Virus record (IMG/VR): IMGVR_UViG_3300032213_001988
Span: 1-64,000 of that record
Length of the DNA stretch: 64,000 nucleotides
Direction: 5' to 3' (one strand)
Source of the DNA: a virus
The notes under the pieces: generated by a model
The model's input: the letters and a program-made list of their open reading frames with translations, nothing else
The model's database searches: none
Told to the model about the DNA's origin: nothing
Program-made: the position numbers and the translations under genes
Shown here: piece after piece, positions 10,899 through 21,496 of the stretch
How the letters are laid out: every line of letters starts with the position of its first letter
How positions within the stretch are numbered: position 1 is the first letter of the stretch

Positions 10899-12071
10899 AT
10901 GAGTCTAGCAGACAAGTTCTCTATGCCAGGAAGGTCTGGGTCTGATGTACGTCACACTAAGACACCTGAAGAATGGCGTCCCCGCATGGAGATCGATGAA
11001 GAAGGTGGCTATGCCATATCAACTCCAAAGGTTATGCCACCAGACGCGGTAGATATCTTAAAAGAGTTTGATCTTAGCCCAGATGATTGGATTATTACCT
11101 CAGTCCGCCGCTCTCGATGGCAACGCTACGATGAAGAGTGGCTGCACTCAGCTCGAGTTAACTTGGTCCCTGTCGCGCAAGGACTACAGGATAAGGCTGA
11201 TATTCAGTCCTTAATTGATGATATACGTAAGTGGAAGCCAAAGAAGTTTGAGAAAAAAGTAGGCAACCTCGCGTTTGTATTTGCCCCAAGCGACCAGCAG
11301 ATTGGTAAGAAACAAGGAGACCAAGGCACGGAGCAGACTATTCAAAGAATTCTTACTGCAACCGACGGCGCAGTTCAACGACTACATGATTTAAGAAAAG
11401 TTGGCCGTGAGATTGATACGGTCGTTATCGCGCTACTTGGAGATCACGTTGAAGGAAACGTGTCTCAAGGCGGGCGTCTTCAAAGCCACTCAGCATCTGA
11501 TCTTGGTCTTACAGAGCAGACGCGAGTTGGCCGTAGACTTCTTATGGCGCAGATTAAGGCATTTTCTCCTTTGGTAAACCGCATAGTAGTGGCGGTAGTG
11601 AATGGAAATCACGATGAGGTAAGTCGACAGTTTTCATTAGACCCAGCAGAAGGTTGGAACACTGAAATTGCAAGTGCTGTTCAAGATGCCTGCGCAGAGA
11701 ACGAAAATCTATCTCACATCGAGTTTAGATACCCTGCTAAGAGTCACCAGACCCTGGCTGTGGAGGTCTGTGGAACTATGATTGGCTTATTCCACGGACA
11801 TCAAACTGGCAAGGATGTAGTTAAGTATTTGTCAGAGCAGGCGGCAGGTCAGACTGCTCTCGGCGGATGCGACGTTTGGCTATCAGGGCACTACCATAAC
11901 TTTAGAAGTATGGACGTTGGTTCTCGCTTCTGGGCTCAGTGCCCAACAGTTGACCCTGGCTCAGCCTGGTATCGAGATCGACGTGGCTTAGAATCTAATC
12001 CAGGAATACTTACATTAGTTGTCGGTGAAAATCATGATCCGCGTCTTGACGTGAGTGTGATACCCGCATAG
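10899..12071 (+). CDS. Calcineurin-like metallophosphoesterase
   Basis: SDQQ, LGDHVEG, GNHDE, HGH and GHYH motifs. Confidence 0.85.
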   Translation: MSLADKFSMPGRSGSDVRHTKTPEEWRPRMEIDEEGGYAISTPKVMPPDAVDILKEFDLSPDDWIITSVRRSRWQRYDEEWLHSARVNLVPVAQGLQDKADIQSLIDDIRKWKPKKFEKKVGNLAFVFAPSDQQIGKKQGDQGTEQTIQRILTATDGAVQRLHDLRKVGREIDTVVIALLGDHVEGNVSQGGRLQSHSASDLGLTEQTRVGRRLLMAQIKAFSPLVNRIVVAVVNGNHDEVSRQFSLDPAEGWNTEIASAVQDACAENENLSHIEFRYPAKSHQTLAVEVCGTMIGLFHGHQTGKDVVKYLSEQAAGQTALGGCDVWLSGHYHNFRSMDVGSRFWAQCPTVDPGSAWYRDRRGLESNPGILTLVVGENHDPRLDVSVIPA

Positions 12072-12093
12072 CAAGAAAGGCGATGGTGCACAC

Positions 12094-12459
12094 TTGATAA
12101 GAAACCGTCGCCCGCACAAGGACCCAAGAAAAAGAGTACTACGCGAGGCAGAGGACAAGGTCACCAAGCCAGAGTACGAGCAGTCCGATGAGATAACTCG
12201 CATCGGTATTGTGTGGGCTGGCATACTCGATCTTGACGATGTCTTACCCGCAACTACAGTTGCAGCAATGATGTCTGCCGCAGAACTAGTGCAAGCTACC
12301 AGCTCAACCGACGCAGAACAGCATTGGATAGGCGCTGCCGCATACGCAGCAATGGGTGCCTATAGTGAGCCTGAGGAAGACGATTCTGACCGTGGTAAAC
12401 TAACCACGCCTGCTCCAACCATTGGTTTTGGAGTCCCAAGTCCACCTCAACAGTTGTAG
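12094..12459 (+). CDS. Divergent DUF6378-like helical protein
   Basis: VLREAED...RIGIVWAGIL...VAAMM...HWIGAAAYAAMG resembles the 37369-37692 protein. Confidence 0.5.
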   Translation: MIRNRRPHKDPRKRVLREAEDKVTKPEYEQSDEITRIGIVWAGILDLDDVLPATTVAAMMSAAELVQATSSTDAEQHWIGAAAYAAMGAYSEPEEDDSDRGKLTTPAPTIGFGVPSPPQQL

Positions 12460-12519
12460 GATTTGTTAGTATTAGTAAGGTAAATATACCTGACTTCCAT
12501 TACGTGGAATGGAGTTGCA

Positions 12520-15500
12520 ATGGCTTATGGTAATGATGTCGTTACTCGTGTTGTAACGGGGACATACCTTACTGGTCGCGGCGTACCTGCTCGTGGAAGA
12601 GTAACCTTTACTCCAACAGCAGTTGTAGTAGATCTAAACAACGCAGTCATAATTCCAGGCGCGATAGTCGCGACGTTAAATACTAGTGGTGCTTTCACAG
12701 TAACTCTTCCAACGACAAACAACCCAAATCTTTCGCCTGCCGGCTGGGCATATGAAGTAAACGTAAGATTATATGGTGTAAAACCACAAAGATTCTTTGT
12801 TTTCATTCCTAGTGGAAATACCGCACTAGATCTCAGCGTAGAGCTAAGCAGTGCGTCTCCTGTAGCAGACACAACAGAACTTCCTCCAATGCCACGTGGA
12901 CCAATTGGCCCTGTCGGTCCTACCGGCCCATCAGGCTCGGGTATTCGTGTTCTTGGTTCATTCGCAACATTAGGAGCTTTGCAAGCAGCATTCCCAACTG
13001 GCTCGACTGGTGACGGATACATAGTTGCTACTAATCTTTATGTGTGGAGTGCAAATACTTCAGCGTGGATTAACGTTGGTCCGTTTCTTGGACCTACAGG
13101 TGCTCAAGGTGTAACAGGCCCAACAGGTTCAACAGGCCCAACAGGCGCCACTGGTCCACAAGGAACAGTAGGACCTACCGGCCCGCAAGGAGTATCTGGC
13201 CCTGCGGGTGCTCAAGGTATTCAAGGAACTGTTGGTGCAACAGGCTCACAAGGTCCAACAGGCGCTACAGGAGCAACTGGTATTGCTGGTCCAACAGGAC
13301 CTACAGGCGCGACAGGCGCAACTGGTGCTGCATCTACAGTTACTGGTCCAACAGGTGCTACCGGTGCAACAGGATCCGCTGGAACTTCAGTAACAATTCT
13401 TGGTTCATATGTAAGCCTTGCCGCACTACAGGCAGCACAACCAACAGGCCTTCCTGGTGATGGGTATTTAGTTCTTGGAAACTTATACGTCTGGTCTGCA
13501 TCATCTGCAGCATTCGTAAATGTTGGACAGATTCAAGGACCAACAGGCCCAATAGGTGGAACAGGTTTAACTGGAGCAACTGGTGCGACCGGAGCTCAAG
13601 GAGTGACAGGACCTACAGGTTCACAAGGTATTCAAGGAGCAACAGGCGCCACAGGTGCACAAGGATCAACTGGTCCAACAGGCGCACAAGGCCCAACAGG
13701 CGCACAAGGTGTTCAAGGTAACGTTGGTGCAACAGGTCCAACAGGTCCGCAAGGACTTGCTGGAATAACAGGTCCAACAGGAATTGCTGGCCCAACAGGT
13801 CCAACAGGTGCGCAGTCAACAGTAACTGGTCCAACAGGTGCGCAAGGCGCAACAGGTCCAACAGGTGCGCAAGGTATTCAAGGTGTAAAGGGTGACCAAG
13901 GAGATCTTGGTCCTACTGGTGCAACAGGTGCGACAGGCGCAACAGGTGCAGCAAGTACAGTAACGGGACCAACAGGAAGTGTAGGACCTACTGGTCCAAC
14001 TGGAGCAACCGGTGCAACAGGATCTGTCGGACCAGCTTCTACAGTCACAGGACCGACAGGCGCTACAGGCGCTACAGGCGCTACAGGCCCACAAGGTATT
14101 CAAGGTGTAAAGGGTGATACTGGTAATGTCGGTGCTACAGGCGCTACAGGCCCACAAGGTTTAATAGGCGCTACAGGTGCGACTGGCTCAACAGGTGCAA
14201 CTGGCCCAGCAGTTACAGGCCCTACTGGTCCTCAAGGTCTAATCGGTGAAACTGGTCCGCAAGGAAGTACTGGTCCAACTGGACCTAACGGTGTAACCGG
14301 TCCAACAGGCGCAACAGGCCCAACCGGTGCTACAGGCGCAGCCTCTACAGTAACTGGTCCAACAGGTGCAACAGGTGCTACAGGCGCAACAGGCGCAACA
14401 GGCGCTACTGGTGCTGCGTCGCAAGTTACCGGCCCAACAGGCGCAACTGGTCCTACAGGTGCACAAGGTGTAATAGGCTCTACCGGTCCGACAGGCGCAG
14501 TTGGTGCAACAGGTGCAACAGGCGCAAGTATCACTGGTCCAACAGGAGCAACCGGTGCGACAGGCTCAACAGGCCCAACAGGCGCACAAGGAACAGCAGT
14601 TCGTATTCTTGGCTCATTCGCAACATTAGGAGCTTTGCAAGCAGCTTATCCTACAGGAGCTGCAGGCGATGGATATCTTGTAGTTGGAAATCTCTATGTA
14701 TGGAATGGAACTGCCTGGGAAAACGTTGGAACTATTCTTGGTCCAACTGGCCCAACAGGTGCAACTGGTCCTCAAGGTACAAACATTAACTTTAAGGGAA
14801 GCGTTGCTAACCTAACTGCACTAAACGCAATTACTGGTCAGGTGCGTAATGACGCATACATCGTAGACTCAGATGGAAATCTTTACGTATGGAGTGGAAG
14901 CGTTTGGGTAGACGCTGGGCAGATCGTTGGACCACAAGGTCCTACAGGCCCAACGGGTCCTACCGGACCAACAGGACCAACTGGAGCGCTTGGAAACTTT
15001 GCACCTACTGGAGCAACACCGCCATCTCCTGCAGTTGCAGGTAACGCCTGGTTTAACTCAGACAGCGGAAAAGTTTATATCTACTATGATAATTTTTGGG
15101 TAGAGGTTGGCGCGGCACCGGTGGGACCTACAGGTCCTCAAGGGCCACAGTCTACAGTTACCGGCCCAACCGGTCCGACTGGTATTCAAGGACCAACGGG
15201 TCCAACAGGCGCGCAAGGTCAACTAGGAACTACAGGAGCAACAGGTCCAACTGGTCCAACTGGCGCACAGTCAACAGTCACAGGACCTACGGGAGCAACA
15301 GGTCCTACCGGCCCAACAGGCGCTACAGGAGCTGCCTCTACTGTCACTGGACCTACAGGTTCACAAGGTATTCAAGGCCCAACCGGCCCAACAGGTCCAG
15401 TCGGACCAGTTGGTGCTGCATCAACAGTTACTGGTCCTACTGGAGCAACAGGCCCAAGTGTAACTGGTCCAACTGGCCCAACGGGTCCTACTGGAGTTCG

Positions 15501-17169
15501 TGGAGCATTCATTCCAAACTCTGCAACACCCCCAGCATCACCGGTAACTGGTGACACGTGGTTTAACACCGACAACGGTGCGGTATTTATCTATTACGAT
15601 TCATATTGGGTTGAAGTAGGAACCTCTGAGTTTGGTGGAGCAACAGGTCCCGCAGGAACACCTGGCGCAACTGGACCAACCGGTCCAACAGGAGCAACGG
15701 GTCCTACAGGTGCTGCTTCAACTACACCTGGTCCAACTGGTCCAACTGGTGCTTCAGTAACAGGCCCAACAGGCCCGCAAGGCCAGGCAATCATTGTTCA
15801 AGGTTCATATCAAGACTACGCTGCGTTTGCTGCAGGAGCTGGTGCAACCCCAGGTACAGTTGGGCATGCCTGGCTAATCGTAGCTGAGGATACACTCTTT
15901 GTTTACTCTGCAACGCAAGGTTGGATTGACGCAGGAGCAACAATTGGACCGACAGGTGCAACGGGTCCAGGATTCTCAAATGTAACTTCGTCCTCGTCTG
16001 TTCTAATCGGATCTGGAAACAAAACATTTACAATCACCGCAGGAAGTGCATTCTCATCTGGCCAACGCGTAAGAGCAATCAACACCGCGAATCTTGCTAA
16101 CTTTGTTGAAGGTGTTGCAACTGTCGCTGGTACAACTATGATTATAGCAACAGATCTTGTTGGTGGCTCTGGCACATATGCAGCATGGAGAATAGTATTA
16201 GTTGGAAATGTTGGAGCTACAGGACCAGCGGGTACTGCAGGAGCAATAGGACCAACTGGTCCTGGTATAACTGGTCCTACAGGACCAGCTTCAACAATTA
16301 CCGGCCCAACAGGCGCAACAGGGCCTCGTGGTCTTGACGGTGGAGTTCGTTATGTCGTAAGAAATACATCAGGTGAGTTTACGTTTGATGGCATTGCTGG
16401 AAATAACCCAAACATCACTGCAATTCGTGGAGAGACAGTGTACTTTGATGTTAGCAACGTAACAGTAGATCGCTCGTTTGCGCTGCGTCTTGCAAGCGCA
16501 AGCACCACCTCAGTTCCTGGAACAACAAACAACAGCCCGGCTGTTGGTCGTGACTCAGCATCGGCAGACACAGTTATCGTGTATCAGGTTCCGTTTAACG
16601 CACCTAATGCGATATTCTATCAGTCACCAGACAGCGCAGGACTATTCGGGCAGATTGACATCATCGCTAAGCAGGGACCAACAGGTCCAACTGGTGCACA
16701 AGGCGCAGCAGGCACTAACGGGGCTGTTGGAGACACAGGTCCAACCGGTCCAACTGGACCAGCCTTCGCGCAGTCAATAACATCGATTAGCTACAACCCA
16801 ACATTTGCTGGAACTGCACCCTATGCACAGGTAGGAACTACCGCTTTTGGTAAGTACACTAAGGCAGGGCAGATGGTGACCTTTGCGATTAGCATAAGTA
16901 TGGCAAACGTAACTAACTTTGGAGCTGGAAACTTTACAGTAACTCTCCCGGTAGCTCCATCAGCAGATACATATATGTTTACAGGATACCTGTATGATAC
17001 GCAAGGAGAGTACATAATTCATGCTTTATCAGAAGGCAGCGCAACAATGACACTTTACATATCTGGAGTAAATGGGCTATTAACTCCGCTGAGCCCTACG
17101 TCTCCAGTTACACTTGATATTTCAAGTGAAATAAATCTAAGCGGATCTTACATAAGTTTAACAGCGTAA
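12520..17169 (+). CDS. Large collagen-like tail fibre (1549 aa)
   Basis: Actinophage-type Ig-like N-terminal domain, very long GPT/GAT tracts broken by recurring globular modules, a degenerate cupredoxin-like domain and a C-terminal beta domain. Confidence 0.85.
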   Translation: MAYGNDVVTRVVTGTYLTGRGVPARGRVTFTPTAVVVDLNNAVIIPGAIVATLNTSGAFTVTLPTTNNPNLSPAGWAYEVNVRLYGVKPQRFFVFIPSGNTALDLSVELSSASPVADTTELPPMPRGPIGPVGPTGPSGSGIRVLGSFATLGALQAAFPTGSTGDGYIVATNLYVWSANTSAWINVGPFLGPTGAQGVTGPTGSTGPTGATGPQGTVGPTGPQGVSGPAGAQGIQGTVGATGSQGPTGATGATGIAGPTGPTGATGATGAASTVTGPTGATGATGSAGTSVTILGSYVSLAALQAAQPTGLPGDGYLVLGNLYVWSASSAAFVNVGQIQGPTGPIGGTGLTGATGATGAQGVTGPTGSQGIQGATGATGAQGSTGPTGAQGPTGAQGVQGNVGATGPTGPQGLAGITGPTGIAGPTGPTGAQSTVTGPTGAQGATGPTGAQGIQGVKGDQGDLGPTGATGATGATGAASTVTGPTGSVGPTGPTGATGATGSVGPASTVTGPTGATGATGATGPQGIQGVKGDTGNVGATGATGPQGLIGATGATGSTGATGPAVTGPTGPQGLIGETGPQGSTGPTGPNGVTGPTGATGPTGATGAASTVTGPTGATGATGATGATGATGAASQVTGPTGATGPTGAQGVIGSTGPTGAVGATGATGASITGPTGATGATGSTGPTGAQGTAVRILGSFATLGALQAAYPTGAAGDGYLVVGNLYVWNGTAWENVGTILGPTGPTGATGPQGTNINFKGSVANLTALNAITGQVRNDAYIVDSDGNLYVWSGSVWVDAGQIVGPQGPTGPTGPTGPTGPTGALGNFAPTGATPPSPAVAGNAWFNSDSGKVYIYYDNFWVEVGAAPVGPTGPQGPQSTVTGPTGPTGIQGPTGPTGAQGQLGTTGATGPTGPTGAQSTVTGPTGATGPTGPTGATGAASTVTGPTGSQGIQGPTGPTGPVGPVGAASTVTGPTGATGPSVTGPTGPTGPTGVRGAFIPNSATPPASPVTGDTWFNTDNGAVFIYYDSYWVEVGTSEFGGATGPAGTPGATGPTGPTGATGPTGAASTTPGPTGPTGASVTGPTGPQGQAIIVQGSYQDYAAFAAGAGATPGTVGHAWLIVAEDTLFVYSATQGWIDAGATIGPTGATGPGFSNVTSSSSVLIGSGNKTFTITAGSAFSSGQRVRAINTANLANFVEGVATVAGTTMIIATDLVGGSGTYAAWRIVLVGNVGATGPAGTAGAIGPTGPGITGPTGPASTITGPTGATGPRGLDGGVRYVVRNTSGEFTFDGIAGNNPNITAIRGETVYFDVSNVTVDRSFALRLASASTTSVPGTTNNSPAVGRDSASADTVIVYQVPFNAPNAIFYQSPDSAGLFGQIDIIAKQGPTGPTGAQGAAGTNGAVGDTGPTGPTGPAFAQSITSISYNPTFAGTAPYAQVGTTAFGKYTKAGQMVTFAISISMANVTNFGAGNFTVTLPVAPSADTYMFTGYLYDTQGEYIIHALSEGSATMTLYISGVNGLLTPLSPTSPVTLDISSEINLSGSYISLTA

Positions 17170-17190
17170 TAGAGATAAGGAGACCTAATC

Positions 17191-17868
17191 GTGCCAATTG
17201 ACTTTCCAGCAGGGCCAACAGTAGGTCAGACCTATACTTTTTCAACTCAGACTTATCAGTGGAACGGCACATCTTGGCGACTTGTTCGCACAAGTGCAGT
17301 TGGTCCTACTGGTCCAACTGGTCCCGCATCAACAGTGCCAGGACCAACTGGTCCAACTGGTCCAAGTGTAACTGGTCCAACTGGTGCAGCAAGCACTGTA
17401 ACTGGACCTACAGGACCGACTGGCCCAACAGGTAGCTTTGCAATAGCTGCTTGGAGTACTTACACTCCAACCTGGTACACAACTGGCACAGCAGCCTCAG
17501 TTGGAAATGGAACACTGACAGGCAGATACCAAAGCATTGGAAGAACAATAGTTGGAGAAATTCGTCTTGTGCTTGGTTCAACCTCTGTTCGCGGAACTGG
17601 AACGTATCGTTTTTCTCTTCCAACGCCTGGTATAGCGGAAAACTACCAGCCTATTGGACAAGTTGTTGTTCGCGATGAGGGTCCTGGAAGCACGTTCTTT
17701 GGCACAGTACTTTTCAACGCAGGATTGACAGACCGCATTGAGCTCTGGCTTCACTCACAAAGCGGAACTATCGTTGAGGGAGTTCAAATGACTCACGACA
17801 CTCCAATGTTGATCTCAACTAACGATAAGATTCTTATATACTTCCAATACGAAGCGAATCCAGCTTAG
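17191..17868 (+). CDS. Short collagen-like fibre protein
   Basis: MPIDFP N-terminus, short GPT tract, C-terminal beta domain similar to the C-terminus of the 12520 gene. Confidence 0.75.
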   Translation: MPIDFPAGPTVGQTYTFSTQTYQWNGTSWRLVRTSAVGPTGPTGPASTVPGPTGPTGPSVTGPTGAASTVTGPTGPTGPTGSFAIAAWSTYTPTWYTTGTAASVGNGTLTGRYQSIGRTIVGEIRLVLGSTSVRGTGTYRFSLPTPGIAENYQPIGQVVVRDEGPGSTFFGTVLFNAGLTDRIELWLHSQSGTIVEGVQMTHDTPMLISTNDKILIYFQYEANPA

Positions 17869-17878
17869 GAGATGACAC

Positions 17879-19624
17879 ATGCCAATTGATTTTCCTAACT
17901 CACCAACTTTAAATGATCAATTCACCTCAGGCTCAACAACCTGGAAGTGGGATGGTGCCAAGTGGAACATACTTGTTACACAGTCAAGCGGACCGACAGG
18001 ACCAACAGGTCCACAGGGAAACTTAGGACCAACAGGCTCAACTGGTCCAACTGGCTCGCGTGGAGTTTTTACAACATCATCTGCAACACCACCTTTAAAC
18101 CCATCAATTGGTGACGCGTGGTTTGACTCTGAGAGTGGACAGATCTACATTTACTATGATGGCTATTGGGTTGAGTCCGCTTCTTCAAACGTTGGTAATC
18201 AAGGAGATCTTGGTCCAACAGGTGCGACTGGCCCAATGGGTATTCAAGGATTAACAGGTCCAACTGGCCCAATAGGTCCGCAAGGGCCGCAAGGGACCGT
18301 AGGAGTGACAGGTGCGCAAGGACCAACTGGCTCAACCGGACCAACTGGTCCACAAGGAGTTACTGGCCCACAAGGAGCAACTGGTCCACAAGGACTTCAA
18401 GGCTCTACCGGAGCAACTGGCTCGCAAGGACCGCAAGGAACTCAAGGAACAATTGGTGACCTTGGGCCTACAGGTGCAACAGGACCTACCGGCCCGTTAG
18501 GTCCAACTGGACCACGAGGATTTACTGGTTTTACAGGGCCACAAGGTCTAACAGTTACAGGGCCAACTGGCGCGACAGGCGCGACAGGCGCGTCCGGCCC
18601 AACAGGTCCTTCAGGTGGACCTACCGGTCCTACAGGCTCGACAGGAGCAACGGGAGCAACTGGACCAACAGGTGCTCGTGGAGCAACAGGCGGCTCAGGC
18701 CCAACGGGCCCAACAGGTGCAGCCTCAAACGTTATAGGACCTACAGGACCTACAGGACCTCAAGGCGTAAACATTGTTATGCGAGCAAGTGTCGCAACAG
18801 TCGGAGCTCTTCCTTCAGTCGGAAACACAGTTAACGATGGACGCATAGTTGATGCAGATGGAAATCTTTATATTTGGACAGGCTCAGCCTGGAGTGACGC
18901 TGGGCAGATCGTTGGACCACAAGGTCCTACAGGCCCGCAAGGTGTTACAGGACCTACGGGCCCAACAGGTTCACAAGGTCTAACTGGATTGACTGGCCCA
19001 ACCGGTCCAACTGGCGCAACAGGCGAAGCACTTAGAATTCTTGGCTACTACTCAACATTAGCTGCCTTGCAGGCTGGTGACCCATTTGGTGCCGGTGGCG
19101 AAGGTTACGTAGTTGGCCTAGGACTTCTTTACGTCTGGTCTGTTGCAACTAATCAATGGATAAACGTTGGAAACATTCTTGGACCTACCGGTCCAACGGG
19201 CCCAGCAGTTACAGGCCCAACAGGTGCTGCATCTACAGTTACTGGTCCAACCGGACCAACCGGTCCAACCGGTCCAGCCTCAACAGTAACGGGACCAACT
19301 GGTCCTGCGTTCTTTAACTTAGTTGGAGCAACATACACTGCAAACCGCATTCTTGGTGCAGCAGACGCTGGTTCTCTTGTGAGAATGAACCTTGGAGTCG
19401 CAAACACAGTTACAGTCGCACCAGATCTCACATATAACTTCCCCATTGGAACTCAGATAGTCGTAGTTCAACTTGGCGCGGGGCAAACAACATTTGTTGC
19501 AGGCTCTGGAGTTACGATACGAAGTGAAGGAAACAAGCTTATCACCAAGGCGCAGTACGCAACTGCGTCACTAATCAAGTTAGCCGCAGACACGTGGTTG
19601 CTAGCTGGAAACTTGACGGTGTAA
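17879..19624 (+). CDS. Collagen-like fibre protein
   Basis: MPIDFP N-terminus, GPT/GPQ tracts, C-terminal [16 protein letters not shown]...TWLLAGNL domain. Confidence 0.8.
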   Translation: MPIDFPNSPTLNDQFTSGSTTWKWDGAKWNILVTQSSGPTGPTGPQGNLGPTGSTGPTGSRGVFTTSSATPPLNPSIGDAWFDSESGQIYIYYDGYWVESASSNVGNQGDLGPTGATGPMGIQGLTGPTGPIGPQGPQGTVGVTGAQGPTGSTGPTGPQGVTGPQGATGPQGLQGSTGATGSQGPQGTQGTIGDLGPTGATGPTGPLGPTGPRGFTGFTGPQGLTVTGPTGATGATGASGPTGPSGGPTGPTGSTGATGATGPTGARGATGGSGPTGPTGAASNVIGPTGPTGPQGVNIVMRASVATVGALPSVGNTVNDGRIVDADGNLYIWTGSAWSDAGQIVGPQGPTGPQGVTGPTGPTGSQGLTGLTGPTGPTGATGEALRILGYYSTLAALQAGDPFGAGGEGYVVGLGLLYVWSVATNQWINVGNILGPTGPTGPAVTGPTGAASTVTGPTGPTGPTGPASTVTGPTGPAFFNLVGATYTANRILGAADAGSLVRMNLGVANTVTVAPDLTYNFPIGTQIVVVQLGAGQTTFVAGSGVTIRSEGNKLITKAQYATASLIKLAADTWLLAGNLTV

Positions 19625-19625
19625 T

Positions 19626-20531
19626 GTGCTAGTTGCCCAACATGGAGTTTTTTCTACGTATGAGTACCCATTTGTTCCAGTAGAGTGGTCAGCAGTTCCT
19701 ACATCTAGTTTTGGAACAACAAATATCAACTCGCTTGCGTTTGGCAACTCCGTCTATGTGGCAGCTGGAAACTCTGGCAAGATCGGGACCGCGCCTGATG
19801 GCGTTACATGGACCCAAAGAACATCGTCCTTTGGCACAACTCCAATCTATGCTGTTGCGTATCTAAATGGAGTTTTTTACGCTGCAGGAAGCACAGGGAA
19901 GCTTGCAACATCCGTTAACGGGACCTCAACCTGGACGCAGCGCACATCATCATTTGGCTCAAGTGTAATTCTTGGACTTGCCTATTCATCTGCTCTTTCA
20001 GTCTACGTTGCAGTCGGTGGAGATGGTAAGCTCGCCACATCAAGCGACGGTCTAAGTTGGACGCAGCGCACATCATCATTTGGTACTACATTTATTCGTG
20101 GAGTTGTTGCTTTTGGTGGAACTCTCGTAGCAGTTGGAGATGACGGAAAACTTGCAACATCAACTAACGGTTTGGTGTGGACACAAAGAACATCGTCCTT
20201 TGGTTCAACTCGTATCTACGGAGTTACCCTTGCCTCAAGTCGCCTCGTCGCCTTTGGCGCGGCTGGAAAGATAGCATCATCAGCCGATGGAATTAACTGG
20301 GTTCAAGGAAACTCGAGCTTTGGAAGCTCTGACATTCGCTCAGTGGCATATGCATCAAACGGCGTATATGCTTCTGCTGGAGCAGATGGCAAGATAGCAA
20401 CGTCCTTTGACGGCGTCGGTTGGGTAATTCGCCCTTCATCATTTGGAACGTCCACAATAAATGGTATTCACGTAAGTTTAACAAGGTCAATAGCCACTGG
20501 AGACAGCGGAAAGATCTCACTTTCAGTCTAA
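19626..20531 (+). CDS. Beta-propeller protein (WTQRTSSFG repeats, Asp-box/BNR-like)
   Basis: About seven ~40-aa repeats of the form W.QRTSSFG..I..VA....VAVG..GK.ATS.DG. Confidence 0.75.
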   Translation: MLVAQHGVFSTYEYPFVPVEWSAVPTSSFGTTNINSLAFGNSVYVAAGNSGKIGTAPDGVTWTQRTSSFGTTPIYAVAYLNGVFYAAGSTGKLATSVNGTSTWTQRTSSFGSSVILGLAYSSALSVYVAVGGDGKLATSSDGLSWTQRTSSFGTTFIRGVVAFGGTLVAVGDDGKLATSTNGLVWTQRTSSFGSTRIYGVTLASSRLVAFGAAGKIASSADGINWVQGNSSFGSSDIRSVAYASNGVYASAGADGKIATSFDGVGWVIRPSSFGTSTINGIHVSLTRSIATGDSGKISLSV

Positions 20532-20550
20532 GAAAAACAGGAGGTAAGAC

Positions 20551-20718
20551 ATGTATACATACGAGGTAACAAGCAACCCTCCAATGTGCAAGATTCTAAA
20601 GGATGGTCAATTAGTTGACCATAGTGGACCTTGGGAGTCAGAGGAGGCTGCCACATCATGGGCAGTGCTCTTTGTAGAAAAGTGCAACGGCGGATATGAT
20701 CCGTTCTCTGCGGCCTAA
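20551..20718 (+). CDS. 55-aa hypothetical protein, possibly a fibre assembly factor
   Basis: AGGAGG RBS; MYTYEVTSNPPMCKILKDGQLVDHSGPWESEEAATSWAVLFVEKCNGGYDPFSAA*; below the track cut-off. Confidence 0.7.
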   Translation: MYTYEVTSNPPMCKILKDGQLVDHSGPWESEEAATSWAVLFVEKCNGGYDPFSAA

Positions 20719-20779
20719 TCTTGAAGAACTTAAGTTACAATAAACCACGTAAGGACCATCAAATGAACGGAGATAGCGC

Positions 20780-21427
20780 GTGCCAGCTATAGATTTTCCA
20801 AACACGCCTACGCTAAACCAGGTATTTACAGCTGGTGGAAGCACCTGGGTCTGGGACGGAGCCAAGTGGGAAGTCTCCCGCGTTGCGCCAATTGGCCCAA
20901 CAGGTCCTCAAGGTATACAAGGAGCTACTGGTCCAACAGGTCCAACAGGTCCGCAAGGAAACCAAGGATTTACCGGTCCAACCGGAGCAGTATCAACTAC
21001 ACCTGGACCTACAGGACCGACTGGTTCACAAGGTGTAGTTGGCCCAACCGGCCCACAAGGGCCTACAGGCACCCAAGGTGTCACTGGTCCTACAGGTCCT
21101 ACAGGTGCACAGTCTACAGTGACTGGCCCAACTGGACCTACAGGTCCGCGTGGTTTAACAGGACCAACTGGAGCATCTTCAACGGTAACTGGCCCAACAG
21201 GCTCAACTGGCCCGTCAGGCCCAATCGGTAAGTTTACCGCAGGTCCAAATCAGCCAGGAGGCTCACTAACAAATGGAGATGCCTGGTTTAACACAATTAC
21301 AGGTGTTACATACGTTTATTATGAAGGAGTCTTTGTTGCTGCTGCCGGTGGAACAACTGGACCAACAGGCCCAATTGGAAATCCAGGCTCATATTCAATC
21401 ACTACTTCCTGGTGGTTAGGTGCATAA
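20780..21427 (+). CDS. Short collagen-like fibre protein
   Basis: MPAIDFP N-terminus, GPT tract, GDAWFN module. Confidence 0.75.
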   Translation: MPAIDFPNTPTLNQVFTAGGSTWVWDGAKWEVSRVAPIGPTGPQGIQGATGPTGPTGPQGNQGFTGPTGAVSTTPGPTGPTGSQGVVGPTGPQGPTGTQGVTGPTGPTGAQSTVTGPTGPTGPRGLTGPTGASSTVTGPTGSTGPSGPIGKFTAGPNQPGGSLTNGDAWFNTITGVTYVYYEGVFVAAAGGTTGPTGPIGNPGSYSITTSWWLGA

Positions 21428-21496
21428 CATGTATAGAATAATGACATTCAACTTAAGCTTTAATGTAACTCTTTTTAGAACGAGAGGTGTAAACTA

